The translations under genes and the position numbers were made by a program. A stretch of 40,325 bases of DNA. Source: Octopus sinensis (taxonomy: Eukaryota). This document shows, one piece after another, positions 34,576-40,325 of this stretch. The stretch spans positions 1 through 40,325 of the forward strand of contig NW_021835792.1 of the NCBI RefSeq assembly GCF_006345805.1, in the 5' to 3' direction. The notes under the pieces were generated by a model that saw only the letters and a list, made by a program, of their open reading frames with translations, was not told the origin of the DNA and searched no databases. How positions within the stretch are numbered: position 1 is the stretch's first letter; the number at the start of each line of letters is the position of its first letter.

Positions 34576-35122
34576 AAAAATTGGAAACCAGTTTAAATGA
34601 ATATACATATAGTATAATATTGACCGAAAGACAAAAACGGATGGTCACAGATGGAATGTCTTTTACAATCAAAAGCCCTTCGCACAACGGCAAATACGAA
34701 CGGTAGCAACGAGAAACATAATTGCTACCACTACTACTGCTGCTGCTGCTACGATCACGTGTCTTTTCACGCATTGTGAATGTATCTGTAGCCAGCAGTC
34801 ACTGAGATTTTCGTTTAATAAATTACCCGATCGTAATCAAGCTACGTTTCTCTTCATCATCCGAATTAGTGACTTTATCTTATTAAACGTGTTCATCAAG
34901 ATGGCCGACATGTTGAACAATGACCGTCAACAAAAATTCAATGAAGCAAATAAAGACACTCCGCCATTTAATTATCCACTTACGTCTTAATTTAACGACC
35001 TATCTCTTTACACATCTGTGTAACTATTCGTATTGCGTATACGTATCTCTATATAACAGCCTGCCTGTTTGTTTCTCCTCTCTATCACTTTCACTTTTCT
35101 GTTCTTTTCTTGTATTTCTTCC

Positions 35123-35178
<56 letters not shown>

Positions 35179-35346
35179 CATATATATATATATTATGATA
35201 TAATATAATATAATATATATAATATGATATAATATATTATAATATATAATATAATATATATGTTTACATAATATATATATATATATGCATGTATATGTGT
35301 ATCTGTCTGTCTATCTATCTTTCTATCTGTCTGTCTATCTGCCTTA

Positions 35347-35403
<57 letters not shown>

Positions 35404-36429
35404 GTATGTATTATGTATGTATATATATATTATATATATATATATATAATATATATATATGTATGTATATATATATATGCCTTTCTCATCGTTCACTTCA
35501 CGCTATGTGTTAGTGAACATGTGTGCATATATGCATCCGTATGTATGTATGTACGTACGTATGTATGTACGTACGTATGTATGTACGTATGTATGTATGT
35601 ATATATTCATGCATACATGTTTCCATGTATATCTATATCCTTTCATAATCAATTAACCTGGCCCACTCGTGTCTCTACCACTCTCTCTCTTCCTTGCCAT
35701 ATATCTCTCCTTCCTCTCTCCCCATCTTTTCTCCACATATTTTTCCCATCCATCTCTCTCACCCTTTCGTCACTCTCTCTCTCTCTCACACACTTTCTCC
35801 CCCTCATCCTCTCTCTCTCACTTTCCCTCTCCCCTCTCTTTCTCTCTCTCTCTTTCGCACTGACCATGCTCTGAAAAAAATCTCTACTTAAACGATTACC
35901 AATAACTTCATTGAGCACCATGTTGGAACAACAGCTCGGAAATGCGCTGTTTCTCAGATATACATTTGCTACAGCAGTCTCTCACCAGTCCTTCTGATCC
36001 TTAGAATCCTCATATCTTATCAGTTTCCCTCATATGTCCATAATTATACCAGCAATGCCTTATCTTTTAATAGTAACTATACACATATTGCTTGACCTTT
36101 CATCAGATACCCTTATTTTTCTGTGATTCTACCCACAATAAATGATCCCTCTACGCTGATATGCAACTAGAGATATATAAATCTTATCATCCATCAGATA
36201 ACTTCATTTCTTTTGTAATAATACCCACAATAGATTATCGATTACGATTATCAGCTCTACAAAAATGTTTATCATTGATCACCAACCGTTCTTTAGTTCG
36301 TAAACAACACTCAAAATGGTGGACCTGTGTTTGTAGTAACGGCAGATATATAAAATTTGTCTTTCGTTATATATCTTTATTTTATATACTCGTTATGATG
36401 CGATCTATTATATAGTAGTGGTGGTGGTG

Positions 36430-36515
<86 letters not shown>

Positions 36516-36807
36516 AGGAACACTGTAACTTAGCGATTTAGCATTAATACACCGAGAGAATAAGTACTACGTATTCTTGTATTCTTTCACTTCTTACAGT
36601 CATTTTGACAGCGGCCGTGCTGGAGCACTGCCATAAAGGGTTTTAGTCGAAGAAATCGACACAACGACTTATTTTTGTAAGCCCAGGACTTATTCTATCG
36701 GGCTTTTCTTACCGAACCGCCAAGTTACGGTGACGTAAACACACCAACATCGGTGTCAAGCGATGGTGGGGAGACAGACACAAACACACACATATACACC
36801 CGTCGTA

Positions 36808-36839
<32 letters not shown>

Positions 36840-36849
36840 AAAGATTCTA

Positions 36850-36975
36850 CTTTCACTTTCCGTCTATCAAATCCACTCATATGTCTTTGGTCGGCCCACG
36901 GTTTAGAGTAGAAGACATTTGTCCAATGTGCTACGCAGTGGAAATGTAGTTGAGAAACAAACTTCTCATCACACA
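36850..36975 (-). mobile_element. Degenerate family A SINE
   Basis: ttccgtctatcaaatccactca..tttggtcggccc..agtagaagacatttgtccaa..cgcagtgg aligns with the other family A copies. Confidence 0.65.
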
Positions 36976-37934
36976 TTCACACACACACACACACACACAA
37001 ATATATTTCCTTTATTTATACCTCTATGTATATGCATACATATTGTACACATATATACATACATATATGTATATAGAAACATATATGTATGATGTGTGTA
37101 TTTATATATATATATATATACACCCACACATATGCGTATGTGTGTATATATATATATACACCCACACACATGCGTATGTGTGTGTGTGAGTGTGTATGTG
37201 TGTGTGTGTAATAGTTTTAACTACCCATTAATTTTTAAAATATAGTATTCTCTGAAACAAACTACCAGTTCTGTCCAACCATCACAACCACCATCAACCC
37301 TTTCACCTCACCACCACCACCCACCTCCTACTTCTACCACCACTACTGCTGCTGCCGCTACTATTACTATTCTACTAATACAAATTATGTGTGTCAGGTT
37401 TCTCTGTAAGTCAGTCTATCTTTAAACATCGCCCTGCTTAACAGACCATTAATGTTGTTATTATCATCTCTCCCCCTCTTCGCCCTCCTCTCTCAACCCG
37501 CTGTTTTAACATGCCATTTACACACCATTGCTTGTGTTTATCTATCAATTATCCACCTGGACATCATCACTTCCTCGCCACCACCATCGTCTCTGTACAT
37601 GCCTTTCCTAGTTGCCCTTTTTCAATCGCTGGCCTCTGCTTTGATTTTCCTTTTTTTGTTTTGTTTTGTATGCTTTCTTCCTTTTTGTTCTTCTTTTTGC
37701 TTTGTTTATATTCTTTTCTCTATATAGCGAATTATTTGTCTATCTCTCTGCCCCCCCTCTCTCTCTCTCTCTTCTTCCATTTTCTTCATATCTCCACCTT
37801 TCTTATATATATGTATACATACACACACAAATATGCTCATACGTAAACTAATAAAGACATATATTTATACATATATCTTTATCAATCTATCTGTCTATCT
37901 ATCTATCTATCTATTATGTCTATCTATTATATCT

Positions 37935-38042
<108 letters not shown>

Positions 38043-38170
38043 GTTTGTATGTATGTATGTATATGTCTAAATATACACGTATGAATACACACGCACACAC
38101 ACATTTATTCACGCACACTTACACACTCACACACACATGTATATAATTATATACACACACACATATATCA

Positions 38171-38201
<31 letters not shown>

Positions 38202-38291
38202 ATTGATTTACCTATTCTTCTACGTATCTATCTCAATGTCCATCTCAGTCCATATACACACACTCACGCGCGTATACATGTATGGAGATAG

Positions 38292-38327
<36 letters not shown>

Positions 38328-39003
38328 AGAAAGAAAGTGTGTGTATGTGTGCGTGAGCTTGTGTGCATTTCTGTCTCTATGTGTATGTCTGTGTCTGTGT
38401 GCGTGTGTGTGTGTGTGTGTGTGAAAGAAAGAGACATTACACGCAGATATATATATATATATAGTCATGTGGTCTTCCTCCGATCACCTCTCTGTCCACG
38501 CTAACACGCTCATACGGTTGTCCTCCCCTTCCTGCCTCCCACCGTTCCCCCACGCCCCCCAACTAATGCCTCATGAGCCACTCTAATTAGGCTAAAGAGA
38601 TCAATGTTTCGCTGTGGCCAACATACATCTGCTTAAACGCATGGGAGTGTGTGTGTGTGTGTGCGCGCGCGCATGCGTTTGTCTGTGCGGCTTTGAGTGT
38701 GTACGTGTGTGTATGCGTGCATACATACATATCTATGTATACACATGTCTGTGTGTGTAAGTGTATATTATATATATTTATGTGCACACACAGATACACA
38801 CCCGCACACACATATACATAACATCTGTGTGATGCACTTTAATGTCACTATTGGTACGCTTATGGCCAAACATATAATTGGAGACGTACAGACACTCACA
38901 CATATATAGTCAAAGATACAGAGACATATTATATACATATTCATGCATACACACACACACACATACACATACATATATGTATATATGTATATATATATGT
39001 TAT

Positions 39004-39034
<31 letters not shown>

Positions 39035-39171
39035 AATCGATCTACTATCTAATATATATATATATATATATAAATATAAAGACACACATATATAATGTAT
39101 ATATATATACACATTCACCACATCTTACATATACGTATATATGATATATGTATGTATATATATATAGATAT

Positions 39172-39262
<91 letters not shown>

Positions 39263-40325
39263 CGGTGTGGTATATGTGTATATATATACGTACATACATT
39301 TGATATCGAGTACGCATGCGCTGGATACTCTGAAGGATACGTACAATCGGACTTCTAATTTGAAGTTAGCTGATGGCACTGAAGATCGCAAAGACTAGAA
39401 ACGATGGCCATGCAGAAGAAGAAAGAGAACAAACGGAGAGAGGGAGGGAGAGAGAGAGGGGGGAAATAAGAGAGAGAGAGATTTCAGACGAGAAAGGAAT
39501 TATATGAGAAGAGAATGAGAGGCGAGCGAAGATTGAGACAAAGTAATAAGGCAAGAAGAATGGAAATGGGACGGGAAGAGATGCCAGAATAGTAAAACGG
39601 ATGATATAAAGATTGGAGGGCAGCAGCGGCAGCAGCAGCAGCAGCACGGCAGCGAGGCGTTAATGGCGGTGGTGGTGGTGGTGGTGGTGGTGGTGGTGAT
39701 GAAGGGTGGGGGTATTGTTGAGGGTCCGTGTCTTAAAGACTTGAGGAAGGAACGAAAAGAGATGAAGGTATGTGGGTAGGTAGGTGAGGGTAATTAGAGT
39801 GGGTGGCGTTAGGTGGAGTGGGGCCTGGTCGGAGAGTGGTAATCGTAATGTTGAACCTGATGACGATGATGATGGTGACGATGAAAGTGGTGTTTATTGT
39901 ATGGTGGTGGTGGTGGTGTTGGTGGTGGTGGTGGTGGTGGTGGTGGTAGTGATGACGTTCATAGTGGTTCCGGAAGGGGGTGGATGCTGGAAATTGTTGT
40001 TGTTGTTGTTGTTGCCAGTGGTGGTGGTGGTGATGATGATGATGATGATGATGATGACGACGGTAATGGTGGTGGTGGCGATGATGATGATACTAATGGT
40101 GATTATCTCGCGATGGTAGGTGGTATGGTGGTGGTGGTGTGGTTGGTGGTGGTGGTGTTGCTGCTGCTGATGCTGAGATGGTGATGGTGATGATGCTGAT
40201 GCTGGTGGTAGTGGATATTTTGAAATGGGAGTGAATGGAAAAGTGGGGGCTGGGGGTGAATGAGCGTTTCATTTGGCGATGGACACAGATGTTGGATCCT
40301 TAATGTGGACTTAAAGGGGTTCAAA

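Noticed and set aside
40103-40324. His/Thr-rich minus-strand ORF as a possible upstream exon of the homeobox gene
   Set aside because: It ends in a stop, I saw no convincing donor and no homeodomain helices 1-2, and it lies in a degenerate triplet-repeat field. It cannot be fully excluded because it runs off the window edge.

Overview
AT-rich, microsatellite-saturated animal genomic DNA. The SINE and LINE families look like those of octopus or another coleoid cephalopod (recognised from memory, not database-checked). The only host gene seen is the 3'-terminal coding exon of an NKL-class homeobox gene on the minus strand (29906-31894). It encodes helix 3 VKIWFQNRRTKWKKQ followed by ENISNAEAAEHK (best match Nk7) and about 635 aa of homopolymer runs. 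Its upstream exons were not found in the window. The rest is a mosaic of retroelement fragments (R4/Dong-type RLE LINEs, RTE, Tx1-like, tRNA-derived SINEs), a decayed Tc1/mariner transposase, several palindromes and simple repeats. The most notable structure is a young 3.9-kb Penelope-like element (RT plus GIY-YIG). It is arranged as a head-to-head palindrome with 1.4-kb arms, inserted in (TA)n, and carries a minimal hammerhead ribozyme in each arm. Three further hammerhead-like motifs of different sequence lie within 10 kb, one inside a 106-bp palindrome that looks like a miniature of the same architecture. A 1.6-kb tandem duplication (about 12.86-16.0 kb) shows the error pattern of an unmerged assembly overlap. 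Most short ORFs in the supplied track are microsatellite translation artefacts.
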